From contig OZ253496.1 in the NCBI GenBank assembly GCA_965262115.1, positions 2,112,001 through 2,176,000 on the forward strand: a stretch of DNA of 64,000 nt. Reading direction: 5' to 3'. This stretch comes from Nitrospinales bacterium (GTDB lineage: Bacteria; Nitrospinota; Nitrospinia; Nitrospinales; VA-1). Shown here one piece after another: positions 18,700 to 29,092 of the stretch. A program made the position numbers and the translations under genes. How positions within the stretch are numbered: position 1 is the stretch's first letter; each line of letters opens with the position of its first letter. The notes below the pieces were generated by a model. The model worked only from the letters and a program-made list of their open reading frames with translations, searched no databases and was not told the DNA's origin.

Positions 18700-20112
18700 C
18701 TATCTGCCCCCACGGCGAGTGGGGAAGGGCTTTAAAAAAAACAGGGATAAGAATACCAGAAAAGCGTAGCCAGCGATGACTTTAAAAAACATCTGTGGGG
18801 TCATGAAACTGAACAGGGTGAGAAAGATAACCGCTCCGACACTGCCATAGGCCCCTGCCAGGCCGGCCAGCTTCCCGGTGAGGGGTTTGGATATCTGTGG
18901 AATCACTGCAAAACAGGCGCCGTTACCTGCTTTTAAGAAGATGGATCCCACTACCGCAAGGGTGATGGCACTGGAAAGCTGCCAACTGGAGTCAATCTCT
19001 CCCATTAACCAGTGACTCACCATTCCCCCAAGGACCATGATGAAAAGAGTTCTGCGGCGACCAAACCGGTCAGAAATCCAACCTCCTCCGGGCCGAGCCA
19101 CCAGGTTCATGAAAGCATAACTGGCCCCCAGCATTCCCGCTAATCCCACAGAAAGTGAAAACGTTGTTTCCATAAACTGCGGGAACATCGAAACGACCGC
19201 CAACTCGGAACCGAATGTAAGAGAATAGACCATGCTCAATATAGCGATCTGGCTGAACAAATATTTTTCTTCTTCAGGCACGGGGTGTTGCAGTCGAGGA
19301 ATGTTGACTTTCCAGCATCGCAATACGTTCAGGAAAAAAAGCAATACCATGCCAAGAATCAAAACCAGGGCAAGGGAGTTGGAAATCAAACCAAACGGAT
19401 GCCCGGAAAGCTTCCAGATGAATAAAGACAGGGTTCCATAAATGGGTAAGAGGAGAAGGATTTGCAGGATCAGATCCCGGCGCGAAGTGACTTCAATCAC
19501 GCCATGCAGGTCGACCAGGAAATCCTGACCTTTCCCTGGAGCATCAGGGCAAAATCGATAATAAACCCCCGCCCAGATAAGACAGGAAAGTCCCGAAAGA
19601 CCAGTAGCCACCCGCCACCCGGACTCTTCAGGCAAGAGAAAGGCAATAAGAGGAAGGGAAAACGCCGCGAACGCCGAACCGAAGTTGCCCCAACCTGCGT
19701 AAATACCCTGCGCCGTTCCCATCTTTTCCGGCGGGAACCACTCAGCGACCATTTTTATACCCACCACGAATCCGCCACCGACGATCCCCATCAACAAGCG
19801 GGTGACCAGCAATGTTTTGAAGTCCTGCGACATGGCGAATGCAAAACATACCAGTGCGGAAAAGATCAATAGTCCGCTGAACACTTTTTGCGGGCCGTGT
19901 TTATCAACCCAGAAACCGATAACGATTCTGGCGGGAATGGTCAAAACCACATTGCAGACCATCAAGATACTGATCTCGGCGGAAGACAGGTTCAAAGCGC
20001 GCATGATCGTGGTGTTGAAGGGCGCCATGTTAAACCAGGCCACAAAGGTCAGAAAAAACGCGATCCAGGTCAGGTGCAGGGTGTTCCATTGGATTTTGCT
20101 GAAACCTAACAT
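18700..20112 (-). CDS. narK: NarK/NasA-family nitrate/nitrite MFS transporter
   Basis: Nitrate signature GIYAGWGNFG, FGSELAVVSM, ARPGGGWISDRFG, GNGACFA. Confidence 0.88.
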   Translation of the reverse strand: MLGFSKIQWNTLHLTWIAFFLTFVAWFNMAPFNTTIMRALNLSSAEISILMVCNVVLTIPARIVIGFWVDKHGPQKVFSGLLIFSALVCFAFAMSQDFKTLLVTRLLMGIVGGGFVVGIKMVAEWFPPEKMGTAQGIYAGWGNFGSAFAAFSLPLIAFLLPEESGWRVATGLSGLSCLIWAGVYYRFCPDAPGKGQDFLVDLHGVIEVTSRRDLILQILLLLPIYGTLSLFIWKLSGHPFGLISNSLALVLILGMVLLFFLNVLRCWKVNIPRLQHPVPEEEKYLFSQIAILSMVYSLTFGSELAVVSMFPQFMETTFSLSVGLAGMLGASYAFMNLVARPGGGWISDRFGRRRTLFIMVLGGMVSHWLMGEIDSSWQLSSAITLAVVGSIFLKAGNGACFAVIPQISKPLTGKLAGLAGAYGSVGAVIFLTLFSFMTPQMFFKVIAGYAFLVFLSLFFLKPFPTRRGGR

Positions 20113-20121
20113 TCGGTTGCC

Positions 20122-20301
20122 TCTTTCGGGATTTCCTTGAGGGCAATGATAGAGTTAAAAACAGTCATGGGCGGAAGATAACGGCGAGGAAAGAGACGAT
20201 TTCTGTGACCTGTTTTCGAGATTTGCTTGAGGGCAATGGTGAAGTTAAAAACAGTCATGGGCGGAAGATAACGGCGAGGAAAGAGATGGTTCTATGATCC
20301 G
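20122..20301. repeat. Two tandem ~90-bp direct repeats upstream of narK
   Basis: CTTGAGGGCAATG..AGTTAAAAACAGTCATGGGCGGAAGATAACGGCGAGGAAAGAGA at 20136 and 20226 (period 90). Confidence 0.9.
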
Positions 20302-20316
20302 TTTATTGTCACCGGT

Positions 20317-20628
20317 TTATGGCTGGTTGGTCATCATTTGATGGGACTTCACCACACCGTGCTGGTCAAAAACGATGATCATATCTTTGGTGATATCGCT
20401 GCCTAGGGAGTTGTAATAATTATATTCATAAGTCCAGATCCGGCTCCCATTCTGGACGCCCTTTTTAAAAGGCGGTCCAAACATGGACTGAACTTCCTTA
20501 TGGGTTGTTGTTCCTGCAACAATATTTTTATAAAGTGACTCATCGAAGTTTTTTCCGGCAGTGCCACAACCGTATGCGAAAAGCAAACCGATCAGGAGAA
20601 GAATATTCACGACGAAATTTGTTTTCAT
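20317..20628 (-). CDS. SmpA/BamE-like small lipoprotein
   Basis: Signal peptide with lipobox AYGC; GTTT..EV..MFG.P...W.Y pattern. Confidence 0.65.
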   Translation of the reverse strand: MKTNFVVNILLLIGLLFAYGCGTAGKNFDESLYKNIVAGTTTHKEVQSMFGPPFKKGVQNGSRIWTYEYNYYNSLGSDITKDMIIVFDQHGVVKSHQMMTNQP

Positions 20629-20642
20629 TTTGCAGTTCCTCA

Positions 20643-22169
20643 TTATGATGCCACAATATTATATTTTTCCCGATGCAGTTTCGGGTTCACCTGAAAGGTG
20701 ATTTCGATATTGTTTTGTTTTTCCATTTCTTCAAGAAAACTGCTCTCTTCTTCGAATAGCATGTCATAAATCGTTGGATGCACTTCGATGTCGATTTTCT
20801 TTTTAGTGATATTGTCGGTTCCCCGCCGCTGAATTTCACGGATGATTTCGTAACAGACCGTCGAAGTGCTCTTGATATATCCTTTGCCCTCACAGTAATC
20901 GCAGGGATCGCAAAGGGTTTGTGCCAGGCTTTCGCGCACGCGCTTGCGGGTCATTTCCACCAGCCCCAATTCGGAAATTTTAAGGATGCGGGTTCGTGAG
21001 CGGTCTGATTTCAGTGCCTGCTTGAGTGCGTTGGACACCATCTCCTTGCTTTCTTCTTTAGCCATGTCGATGAAATCGACGATGATGATACCGCCGATGT
21101 TCCGGAGCCGAAGCTGATACACGGTTTCTTTAGCTGCCTCCAGATTGGTTTTCAGGATGGTGTCTTCCGGATCGTTGTGGCCGACATATTTTCCGGTGTT
21201 GACATCAATGGCAACCAGGGCTTCGGTCTGGTCGATGATGATATAGCCGCCGGATTTGAGCCAGATGGTTCGGCCCAGAGCGCGACTGATATCCATCTCA
21301 ATGCCATAGTGATCGAAGATCGGCATCGGGTCTTTATACTGCTCAATTTTATCCGATAAATGTGGGAGATAGGTGGAGCAGAACTCCAAGCATTTGGTGA
21401 AATCCGACTTCGAGTCGATCACCAGCCGTTCAGTATCTTTGGTGAAAAGATCACGGATAGACCGAAAGATCAGGTTCAGATCCTCGTAAACCAGATGCGG
21501 GGCGCTTAAGTTTTCAGATTGGTTTTTCAGGTTTTCCCAAAGGCGGTGAAGAAACTTGAGATCCGAGTCAAAATCTGCGCGCGTGGCATCCTGCCCGGCG
21601 GTTCGGACAATATAGCCTCCACCGGGGTTGCCGATTTCGCTGAGAAGTTTTTTCAGCCGTTCTTTTTCGTCTTCATCTTCAATACGACGGGAAACACTGA
21701 TGTGGTTAACTGTGGGCATATAGACCAGATAGCGTCCGGGCAGGGTGATGTAATTGGTGATGCGTGCGCCTTTAGTTCCCAGCCGATTCTTGGCAACCTG
21801 CACCAGAATCTCCTGACCTTCCTGTAAAATATCTTGAATACGGATGTCATGATTGGGCCGACCAGGTTTTCCGGCAAAGGGGTTTTCTTTTTCATCAGTC
21901 AGAGGAGGAGGGTTCAGTTCGTCTTCGAGTCCGAGCATATCGACGACATCGATATCTCCGACGTATAGAAAGCCAGCTTTTTCCAGCCCGATATCGACAA
22001 AGGCCACCTGCATTCCGGGAAGAATCTTGGTGACTTTGCCCTGATAAATATTCCCAACAATGCCCTTGTTGGTTTTATGTTCGATAAACAATTCCGAGAC
22101 CTGATTGTTTTCCATCAGGGCAACACGAATTTCGCGCTGGTTGGAATTTATCAGTACTTCAGAAGACAT
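20643..22169 (-). CDS. rng: Ribonuclease G / RNase E catalytic domain
   Basis: GNIYQGKV..ILPGMQVAFVDIG, AIDVNTG, LRNIGGIIIVDFIDM, CxxC. Confidence 0.93.
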   Translation of the reverse strand: MSSEVLINSNQREIRVALMENNQVSELFIEHKTNKGIVGNIYQGKVTKILPGMQVAFVDIGLEKAGFLYVGDIDVVDMLGLEDELNPPPLTDEKENPFAGKPGRPNHDIRIQDILQEGQEILVQVAKNRLGTKGARITNYITLPGRYLVYMPTVNHISVSRRIEDEDEKERLKKLLSEIGNPGGGYIVRTAGQDATRADFDSDLKFLHRLWENLKNQSENLSAPHLVYEDLNLIFRSIRDLFTKDTERLVIDSKSDFTKCLEFCSTYLPHLSDKIEQYKDPMPIFDHYGIEMDISRALGRTIWLKSGGYIIIDQTEALVAIDVNTGKYVGHNDPEDTILKTNLEAAKETVYQLRLRNIGGIIIVDFIDMAKEESKEMVSNALKQALKSDRSRTRILKISELGLVEMTRKRVRESLAQTLCDPCDYCEGKGYIKSTSTVCYEIIREIQRRGTDNITKKKIDIEVHPTIYDMLFEEESSFLEEMEKQNNIEITFQVNPKLHREKYNIVAS

Positions 22170-22256
22170 GGGTTTCCTGTGTCAGATTGGGTGAATGAAA
22201 AATTATAACATGGGGGCGGGTCAAACCTTGAGAAAAAACCAGACGGGGCGTTTTTG

Positions 22257-23357
22257 CTAATGCATTGACCTTCGCATTTCAACGTTGAGAAGCAGTCCTA
22301 CCGCGAAAAAATGGGTAATGAGCGAAGAGCCACCATAACTCAGGAAAGGAAGAGGAATACCGGTGATGGGAAACAGGCCGATGGTCATGCCAACATTGAA
22401 GATGACGTAAAATGCGATGGAGCTGATGAGCCCGAGAGAAAGAAAAAAACCAAACCGGTCCGCGGCCCTGAATGCGATGTTTAAACCTTTCAGGATGATA
22501 AAAAGGAATAAAGATAAAAGAACGATCACACCAAAAAAACCGGTTTCCTCGGCGAAGACTGAAAAAATAAAGTCGGTATGTTTTTCCGGCAGGAAGTTGA
22601 GTCGGCTTTGGGTTCCCGCAAGCAGACCTTTTCCCCAGAACCCGCCCGACCCGATAGCGATTTTGGACTGGATAGAATGGTAGCCTGCTCCGAGCGGATC
22701 CAATTCCGGGTTGAACAAGGTTAGAAGCCGGGTTTTCTGATAGTCCTTGAGGAAGAGCCAGAGTGCCGGAGCCAGCATGAGCCCACCGGTGAAAAGTTTT
22801 ATCACGGTCATTCTTTCCATTTCGATGGTGGCTATGAAAACCAGGAAAATGAAGAAAACCATCATGGTGGTGCCGAGGTCGGGCTGGACAACGATGAGCC
22901 CTCCAAGAGCCGCCGTCATCAATGTCGGGATGATCAGATCCTTCAACGTATATTGGTTCGGCATCTTTACCGATTCGAAGTATTTAGCCAGGACAATGAT
23001 GAGCGACACTTTGGCGAACTCGGAAACCTGAATACTGATGGAGCCCATATGAATCCAGCGGCGCGAACCCGACACGATCACTCCATGGAGCAGTACATAA
23101 GCGAGAGCCAGCAGGGTAAAAAAATAGATGAGGTAGGCATAACGACTGAACAGGCGGTAATCCAGCGCCAGAGCGATGAGCATGGCCACCATCCCACAGC
23201 CGATCCAGTAAATTTGTTTGATATAAAGGCTGCGGAAAAAAGCTTCCGGCCGAGCGTGGTTGGCACTGTAAATGGTCACCACGCCGAGAATAGCTATTCC
23301 CAGGCAGGTCAGGAAAAACAACCAGTTGAAATTGGAAACCAGGTGCCGACCAATCAT
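22257..23357 (-). CDS. rodA: Rod shape-determining SEDS protein RodA
   Basis: GSRRWI, QPDLGT, GYHSIQSKIAIGSGG, FLPEKHTDFIF, SYGGSS. Confidence 0.95.
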   Translation of the reverse strand: MIGRHLVSNFNWLFFLTCLGIAILGVVTIYSANHARPEAFFRSLYIKQIYWIGCGMVAMLIALALDYRLFSRYAYLIYFFTLLALAYVLLHGVIVSGSRRWIHMGSISIQVSEFAKVSLIIVLAKYFESVKMPNQYTLKDLIIPTLMTAALGGLIVVQPDLGTTMMVFFIFLVFIATIEMERMTVIKLFTGGLMLAPALWLFLKDYQKTRLLTLFNPELDPLGAGYHSIQSKIAIGSGGFWGKGLLAGTQSRLNFLPEKHTDFIFSVFAEETGFFGVIVLLSLFLFIILKGLNIAFRAADRFGFFLSLGLISSIAFYVIFNVGMTIGLFPITGIPLPFLSYGGSSLITHFFAVGLLLNVEMRRSMH

Positions 23358-23660
23358 AGGATAATTTTATCATAGCGCATTGCAAATTATGGATGTTTTC
23401 ACTCCCTCCATGAATTCTGCAACCTCATTGGGTAGCTGGCATGGCTAGGGTTGACGGCCATGGTCGTTATCTCGATTCCAGCCGAACAGGTTCTCCGTAT
23501 TATCAGACCTTACAACAGCATGCTGCCTGTACCTGGATCAAGATATGCGTAGGCATTACCTGGGAAACAGAGAATTGATAGAGTTGAATTATTTTTGGGT
23601 GTTGCACCCGGATTGCGTATGCTATTAAAGAATGAGAATGATTGATTGAGTTGGAGGACG

Positions 23661-23813
23661 ATGATGAACAATCCGGACAAGGATCCTAAGCAAGAGAAGC
23701 CTCCTGGAAAGAAGGAGGAAAAAGATAGCCCCGGCAGTGAAAACAAACCTTCGCGCCTTGCGGAACGTAAAGGCCAGTGCCCGGAATTTCCCTTCAGGAG
23801 AAAACCGGTTTAG
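23661..23813 (+). CDS. Small (50 aa) charged Pro/Lys-rich hypothetical protein, not in the ORF track
   Basis: GGAGG RBS at 23653-23657; [23 protein letters not shown]...[11 protein letters not shown]. Confidence 0.45.
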   Translation: MMNNPDKDPKQEKPPGKKEEKDSPGSENKPSRLAERKGQCPEFPFRRKPV

Positions 23814-23947
23814 CGGGTGCTTCGTTTTTTTGTTACCCGGGTCTTGCCTGGGCCTGTTTTCCCGGAAGCCTCTTCTTGAATCGGAACGTTTTCAGGCATT
23901 GCTTGAGGAAAAATGAACTTTTAACCAGAAAGACCGGATTCTCCAAA

Positions 23948-24463
23948 ATGAAAGATTGCCCCTGCGGTTCGAATTTTCCTTTCACCGATTGTTGTGCTCC
24001 GTTGATTCGGGGCACCGGTTTTCCGGATACGGCGGAGGATTTGATGCGGTCGCGTTATACCGCCTTCACCCAGAAAAACTGGGAATATCTGGTGATCACC
24101 AGTCATCCGGAAGAAAAAAAAGAAATGGCTAAACTGGAGGAAGACCTGATCCGGGATGGGGTGGTTTGGAAAAGACTGGAGATTATGGATACCCGGACTG
24201 GAGGTCAGGACGATTCTGAAGGGCAGGTGGATTTTGTCGCACATTATACCAGGGAAGGCGTCGAACAAACCCTGCGAGAATCCTCCCGTTTTTATAAAAT
24301 CAATGGCCGTTGGGTCTATAGCCGTAAAGATTCCACTCTGCCCCCTGTCCCGTCTTCACCCCGGAAGAAACCCAAAACCTTTGTTCGTGACGAAGTTAAA
24401 ATAGGTAGAAACGATCCTTGCCCTTGTGGAAGTGGGAAAAAGTATAAAAAATGTTGTGGCTAG
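23948..24463 (+). CDS. ychJ: YchJ/UPF0225 protein with SEC-C motifs
   Basis: [38 protein letters not shown]. Confidence 0.9.
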   Translation: MKDCPCGSNFPFTDCCAPLIRGTGFPDTAEDLMRSRYTAFTQKNWEYLVITSHPEEKKEMAKLEEDLIRDGVVWKRLEIMDTRTGGQDDSEGQVDFVAHYTREGVEQTLRESSRFYKINGRWVYSRKDSTLPPVPSSPRKKPKTFVRDEVKIGRNDPCPCGSGKKYKKCCG

Positions 24464-24497
24464 CCTACAGATTGGGTTGAGGCTAGACTATAAAACA

Positions 24498-24665
24498 GAG
24501 ACCTTTGCATAACCCCGAGATTCTTCGTCACGTTGTTCCTCAGAATGACAAAACAGCCCTTTATTGTCATGCTGAGCTAGTGATACTCGACCTTTGCCTT
24601 CTTGCCCCGGAGGGGTATGTCGAAGCATCTCGCTTTTCTGCTTTATCGACTTACGCAAAGCTCTC
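24498..24665. mobile_element. MITE copy 3 (129 bp plus a 39-bp insert at 24579-24617), 9-bp TSD TATAAAACA
   Basis: TIRs GAGACCTTTGCATAA / TTACGCAAAGCTCTC; TATAAAACA at 24489-24497 and 24666-24674. Confidence 0.92.
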
Positions 24666-24860
24666 TATAAAACAGGGGCTCTTTCGGAAAAAAGCCTGGA
24701 AAATCCTTCTCTTGAAAATGTCTTTAGATGCACCCTCTCCCTGTGACAGAAAAACTTCAAGATGGTGTTAAAAATCAAGAGGTTTTTCAGGTTGCATACT
24801 TTCTAATCGGGAACCCCAAAGGCCTTTAATTACCCCGTATTAGAAAATGATTACCCAGTG

Positions 24861-25432
24861 TTTCCCACAGGTTTTACACAAATAGTGTGGAAAAGATGTT
24901 TTTCTAGCGAGGGTCCCATTGAAACCCTTTGCAGACAAGGAAATGAGGGGTCGTGGAGAAGAAGCCCCCCGTCTCATAAGGTGTGCTCGATCATGTTTTC
25001 TTTATACGCCTAATACATTGGCTTAGGAGGGGGAAGCAAAGACTTGATTTTGGTTAGTCCAAACATATTAGGAGCAGAACAGGTGTCAAAATTCCGCTAT
25101 CGTGTTCCCCCTACATTTGGCTTTCCAGAGGGGCAAGTCACGGTGTCGATGATGTAATGTTTTTTGACAGCCTGATTATCAGGGGAAAAGCATGACGGGA
25201 CTTTGATACCCTTCTCTCGCTTTTATTCTAGAGATCCTCTCAAAAACTCTTTCCGTTTTAAAATTTGTGGAAAACTCGCAAAGACTTCCTTCAACGTCAA
25301 TGGTTTTTCGACATTGCAGAGGGCTCGCATTAACTTATTGAAAATAAAGGTCAATTTTTTTACCATGTAAAAAAATCTATTAATCTGAGAAATTAAAATA
25401 TCGAATTTCTGATACCTGAAAAACTTTCCACA
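24861..25432. promoter_or_regulatory. DnaA-box cluster with an IHF consensus site (oriC/datA-like candidate)
   Basis: TTWTNCACA matches at 24872-24880, 24886-24894(-), 25266-25274(-); 1-mismatch boxes at 24861 and 25424; WATCAANNNNTTR at 25037-25049(-); AT-rich 25330-25440. Confidence 0.45.
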
Positions 25433-25520
25433 AATAACTCACAAGTAGAGGTCGTGAGAGAACTTGAAACATTACGCTTTAGTCTGAGGCGTGAATGAAT
25501 ATTTTTATTCCTGAAGCACG

Positions 25521-26450
25521 TCAATTATTTCGTGGGGGCTCATACCCGTGTGTTTGTAAAAAAGTTTCCATATCCTGTGGGAGCGGCGCGCGAAATGACA
25601 GGTTCGAACCTTTGATCGGATGTTTCAGTTCCAGTTTATGGGCGTGCAGAGCCTGCCTGGGCATCTTTAGGTCTGTGGATTTCCCACCATAGAGTTGGTC
25701 TCCGATTATAGGATGATGGATCGAAGCCAAATGCACCCGAATTTGATGGGTTCTACCGGTTTTGGGCCAGAGCTTGAGGTAGGACCAAATTTTACAACGG
25801 TGTACGACTTGGTATTCCGTAGAGGCTTCCCGACCGTTTGAGGCTTTGGTGTCCATTTTTTTGCGATGTATTTTATGACGGCCGATGGCGGCATGAATCG
25901 AACCTGCGTCCTTTTTAACATTGCCTTTTACGATCGCCAGATATTCTTTGCGAATCTCGCGTTTCTTGAATTGTGCCGCCAGGTTTTTGTGGGCGGCTTC
26001 GGTTTTGGCCACCAATACCAGTCCCGAAGTATCCTTATCCAGCCGGTGAACAATGCCGGGCCGCTCGACCCCACCGATCCCCGGCAGGTCTTTGCAATGA
26101 TGTAGTAAGGCGTTGACCAGCGTCCCGGCAGAATGTCCCGGTGCCGGGTGAACCACAATGTCCGCCGGTTTATCCAAGGCAATTAAAAACTCGTCTTCAA
26201 AAATAATATTCAGCGGAATGTCTTCCGCGACAGTATCAAGAGGAACCGGGGCGGGTACCTGAACCGTGACCTGGTCTCCCTCCCGGACTTTATACCCGAC
26301 AGATCGAACTTCACCGTTGACTGTCACCCGGCCTTCAACAATTAGTTTTTTCAATCGCGACCGGCTGATCTCTGTCTGTCGGGCGGACAGAAAAACATCG
26401 AGCCGTTCCCGACTGGAAACTGAATCTACTTTAAATTTGTATTGTTCCAT
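25521..26450 (-). CDS. rluD: 23S rRNA pseudouridine synthase RluD
   Basis: S4 domain; RPGIVHRLDKDTSG; TGRTHQIRVH. Confidence 0.92.
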   Translation of the reverse strand: MEQYKFKVDSVSSRERLDVFLSARQTEISRSRLKKLIVEGRVTVNGEVRSVGYKVREGDQVTVQVPAPVPLDTVAEDIPLNIIFEDEFLIALDKPADIVVHPAPGHSAGTLVNALLHHCKDLPGIGGVERPGIVHRLDKDTSGLVLVAKTEAAHKNLAAQFKKREIRKEYLAIVKGNVKKDAGSIHAAIGRHKIHRKKMDTKASNGREASTEYQVVHRCKIWSYLKLWPKTGRTHQIRVHLASIHHPIIGDQLYGGKSTDLKMPRQALHAHKLELKHPIKGSNLSFRAPLPQDMETFLQTHGYEPPRNN

Positions 26451-26452
26451 TG

Positions 26453-27160
26453 CTAAAGGGATGCGCCGCCATCGACGAAAAGGGTTTCTCCGTTCACAAA
26501 TGTGTTTTCCATCAGGTAGTCCAGGGCTTTGAGCAGGTCCTCCATACTGCCGTGGGTACCGGTCGGAACTTTTTTGGCGGCTTTTTCCAGATAATCAGGC
26601 GGCCCACCCTGAGGGGGGAGGATGAGTCCCGGAGCGATGCCGTTGACCCTTACCGACTTCCCCCATTCCACTGCCGCCAGTTCCGTTAAATGTTTCAAAC
26701 CCACTTTGCTGACTGAATAAGCCGCGAAGGTGGGGACGGTTTTTGTCACACGTTCATCAAGAATGTTGACGATCAAACCTTTGTTCACCTTGCGCTTGTA
26801 CTCGCGCATCAACAAATAAGGAGCCATGAGATTGAGGTTGAGGGTGTCGACTAAAGTTTTTAGGCTGGTCTCCTCTACATTTTCCTGAATGAAATTGGCG
26901 GCGGAATTGACCAGAAGTTCGACATCATCGAAGTTCTTGAGGACTTTGCCGATGAACGATTCGGCTTCCTCCGGGCTTCTCAAGTCTCCCGCATAGCCCT
27001 GGCACCGAACCCCTTGTGCTCGTGCCTCCTCGATCGTTGTTTCACTGTCCGTTCCGGAGCTATGGTAAAGCAGGGCGATATCAAATCCCTTGCCAGCCAG
27101 ATGCAGGGCCATCGCTCGGCCAATGCGGATCGCTCCCCCTGTCACAATGGCTGTTGGCAC
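26453..27160 (-). CDS. SDR oxidoreductase, pteridine reductase/FolM-like
   Basis: TGGAIRIG, LVNSAA, YSVSK, VNGIAPG. Confidence 0.85.
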   Translation of the reverse strand: MPTAIVTGGAIRIGRAMALHLAGKGFDIALLYHSSGTDSETTIEEARAQGVRCQGYAGDLRSPEEAESFIGKVLKNFDDVELLVNSAANFIQENVEETSLKTLVDTLNLNLMAPYLLMREYKRKVNKGLIVNILDERVTKTVPTFAAYSVSKVGLKHLTELAAVEWGKSVRVNGIAPGLILPPQGGPPDYLEKAAKKVPTGTHGSMEDLLKALDYLMENTFVNGETLFVDGGASL

Positions 27161-27293
27161 TTTTGCTCCTCACAAATGGCTTATGTTATACTCACAGGCT
27201 AATCATCAATTTACCATAAACCGGCATTATAGAAACCGTTTTGAATCCTTTACAGACCCAAAACATTTTAAGGAAACAGGAGTGACCAAAAAA

Positions 27294-27806
27294 ATGAGTG
27301 AGAAAAAAATCGTGAACATTGCCGTGTTGACAGTTTCCGACACCCGGACGGAAGCGGACGATAAATCCGGCCAGATTCTGGTTGATCGGATTCAGGGAGC
27401 CGGGCACCATCTGGTTGAAAAGAAAATCATTAAAGATGAAAAAGACTTGCTTCAGGAGCAATTGAAAAAATGGATCGCCAGTCCCGATGTCGATGCGGTG
27501 ATCGCAACAGGCGGGACAGGTGTAACAGGACGCGACATCACTCCCGAAGCGTTCGAGGAACTGTATGAAAAGTCCATCCCCGGGTTCGGCGAATTGTTCC
27601 GCATGTTGAGTTATGAAAGCATCCGAACATCCAGTTTGCAGTCGCGCTGTACGGCAGGAGTTGCCAACGGCACCTTCCTGTTTGCGTTACCGGGCTCGAC
27701 CGGGGCCTGCAAGGACGGGTGGGACCAGATTCTTGTCCATCAGTTGAACAGCACCCACAAACCGTGCAATTTGGTCGAACTGATGCCGCGCCTTCTCGAA
27801 AAATAA
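27294..27806 (+). CDS. moaB: Molybdenum cofactor biosynthesis protein B
   Basis: [31 protein letters not shown]. Confidence 0.92.
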   Translation: MSEKKIVNIAVLTVSDTRTEADDKSGQILVDRIQGAGHHLVEKKIIKDEKDLLQEQLKKWIASPDVDAVIATGGTGVTGRDITPEAFEELYEKSIPGFGELFRMLSYESIRTSSLQSRCTAGVANGTFLFALPGSTGACKDGWDQILVHQLNSTHKPCNLVELMPRLLEK

Positions 27807-28057
27807 CCACTAGGCGTGGGGCCGACTGCAATAGCATTCATGAGCGGACAACAGGTTTGCTCGGCTTAACGAGGTTTTGCCCCCCTCTTTCTCAAAGAGG
27901 GCTGGGGTGATTTACAAACAAGGGTTCAGTTTATCATGCTGAGCAGAGTCGAAGCATATACTTCGCTGGCCGGATTTTTGGCTTTCATTGACTCATTTAT
28001 TATTGTTATTCTTACATAAACAGGTTTCATCCCCGACATAAATTCCAGGAGATCAAA

Positions 28058-28399
28058 ATGAAAAAGATGTTTTTTGCGATTCTATTGCTAGTGATGGGAA
28101 TTTTATTTTCTTCCACGGCTTTTGCCCACGATGGTGAAGCCCACGCTAAGGAAGTTTACGAAGAAGGCAGTGGCGGCTCCTCAATGGATATGGGCCACAA
28201 AGCCGGTGCAACGGCTCATGAATATAAAGGCGAGCATGCCGGTGGAGCGGAGCACTCCAAAGAATATTATGAAAAGAAATACGGCAAATACGAGCATGAA
28301 AAACAGGGGTTACAGGAGGAAGGTAGCGGTATGAAAGAAGAAGCCATGAAGATGAAAGAAATGGAGCATCAACGCATGGAAGAAGGCAGCAGAATGTAG
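28058..28399 (+). CDS. Secreted His/Met/Glu-rich small protein with three EEGS motifs
   Basis: GGAG RBS; signal peptide ending AFA; mature N-terminus HDGEAH. Confidence 0.75.
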   Translation: MKKMFFAILLLVMGILFSSTAFAHDGEAHAKEVYEEGSGGSSMDMGHKAGATAHEYKGEHAGGAEHSKEYYEKKYGKYEHEKQGLQEEGSGMKEEAMKMKEMEHQRMEEGSRM

Positions 28400-28496
28400 C
28401 CGCGTCCACTCGGCGTGGGGCTAGTGTAATAAGCCCGATGCTTGTCTCAATAATTCCTCTCCCCTTGAGGGAGAGGATGAAGGTGAGGGGGAATAA

Positions 28497-28856
28497 AAAA
28501 TCTCTTCCAAATTTTCTGCAAGAAAACTCCGAAACAACTCCACCGATGCAGAAATAAAGCTATGGTCTGCACTTAGGTCTGCACTTAAAAACCGCCAACT
28601 GGCTGATTTCAAGTTTCGCCGTCAAGCACCCGTAGGAAAATACATTGTAGATTTCTTGTGCCATGAAAAATGTTTGATCGTTGAAGTCGATGGTGGCCAG
28701 CATATGGAAGCATCGATAGCCGATGATCAGCGTACCGCTTGGTTGCAGTCACAAGGATATCAAGTTATTCGATTTTGGAATGATCAAGTCTTGAAAGAAA
28801 CTGATGCGGTTCTTGAAGAGATACTGAGGTGCCTGAGCCAGGAAAGCCAGCGGTGA
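28497..28856 (+). pseudogene. DUF559 (Vsr-like) endonuclease lacking a start codon
   Basis: ARKLRNNSTDAE.KLW..FRRQAPVGKYIVDF.C..LIVEVDGGQH; in-frame TAA at 28494 and no ATG; 12-bp duplication 28564-28587. Confidence 0.8.
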
Positions 28857-29092
28857 AAATATTTGAATCCCCCTCATCCCAGCCTTCTCCCTCTAGGGGA
28901 GAAGGAGAAGAATCCACAAAGGAAATTGATTCAAAATTAATAATTCCTCTCTCCTTGAGGGAGAGGATAAAGGTGAGGGGGGCTAAGAAATATTCCTTAT
29001 TTTCCAATGGGTTGTATCGAAATGTGGGCGACATAAAAGTCCCGGCTGACAACTCTTCTTTTGTAAGAATTGAATCGCTCGGAGGGAGCATT

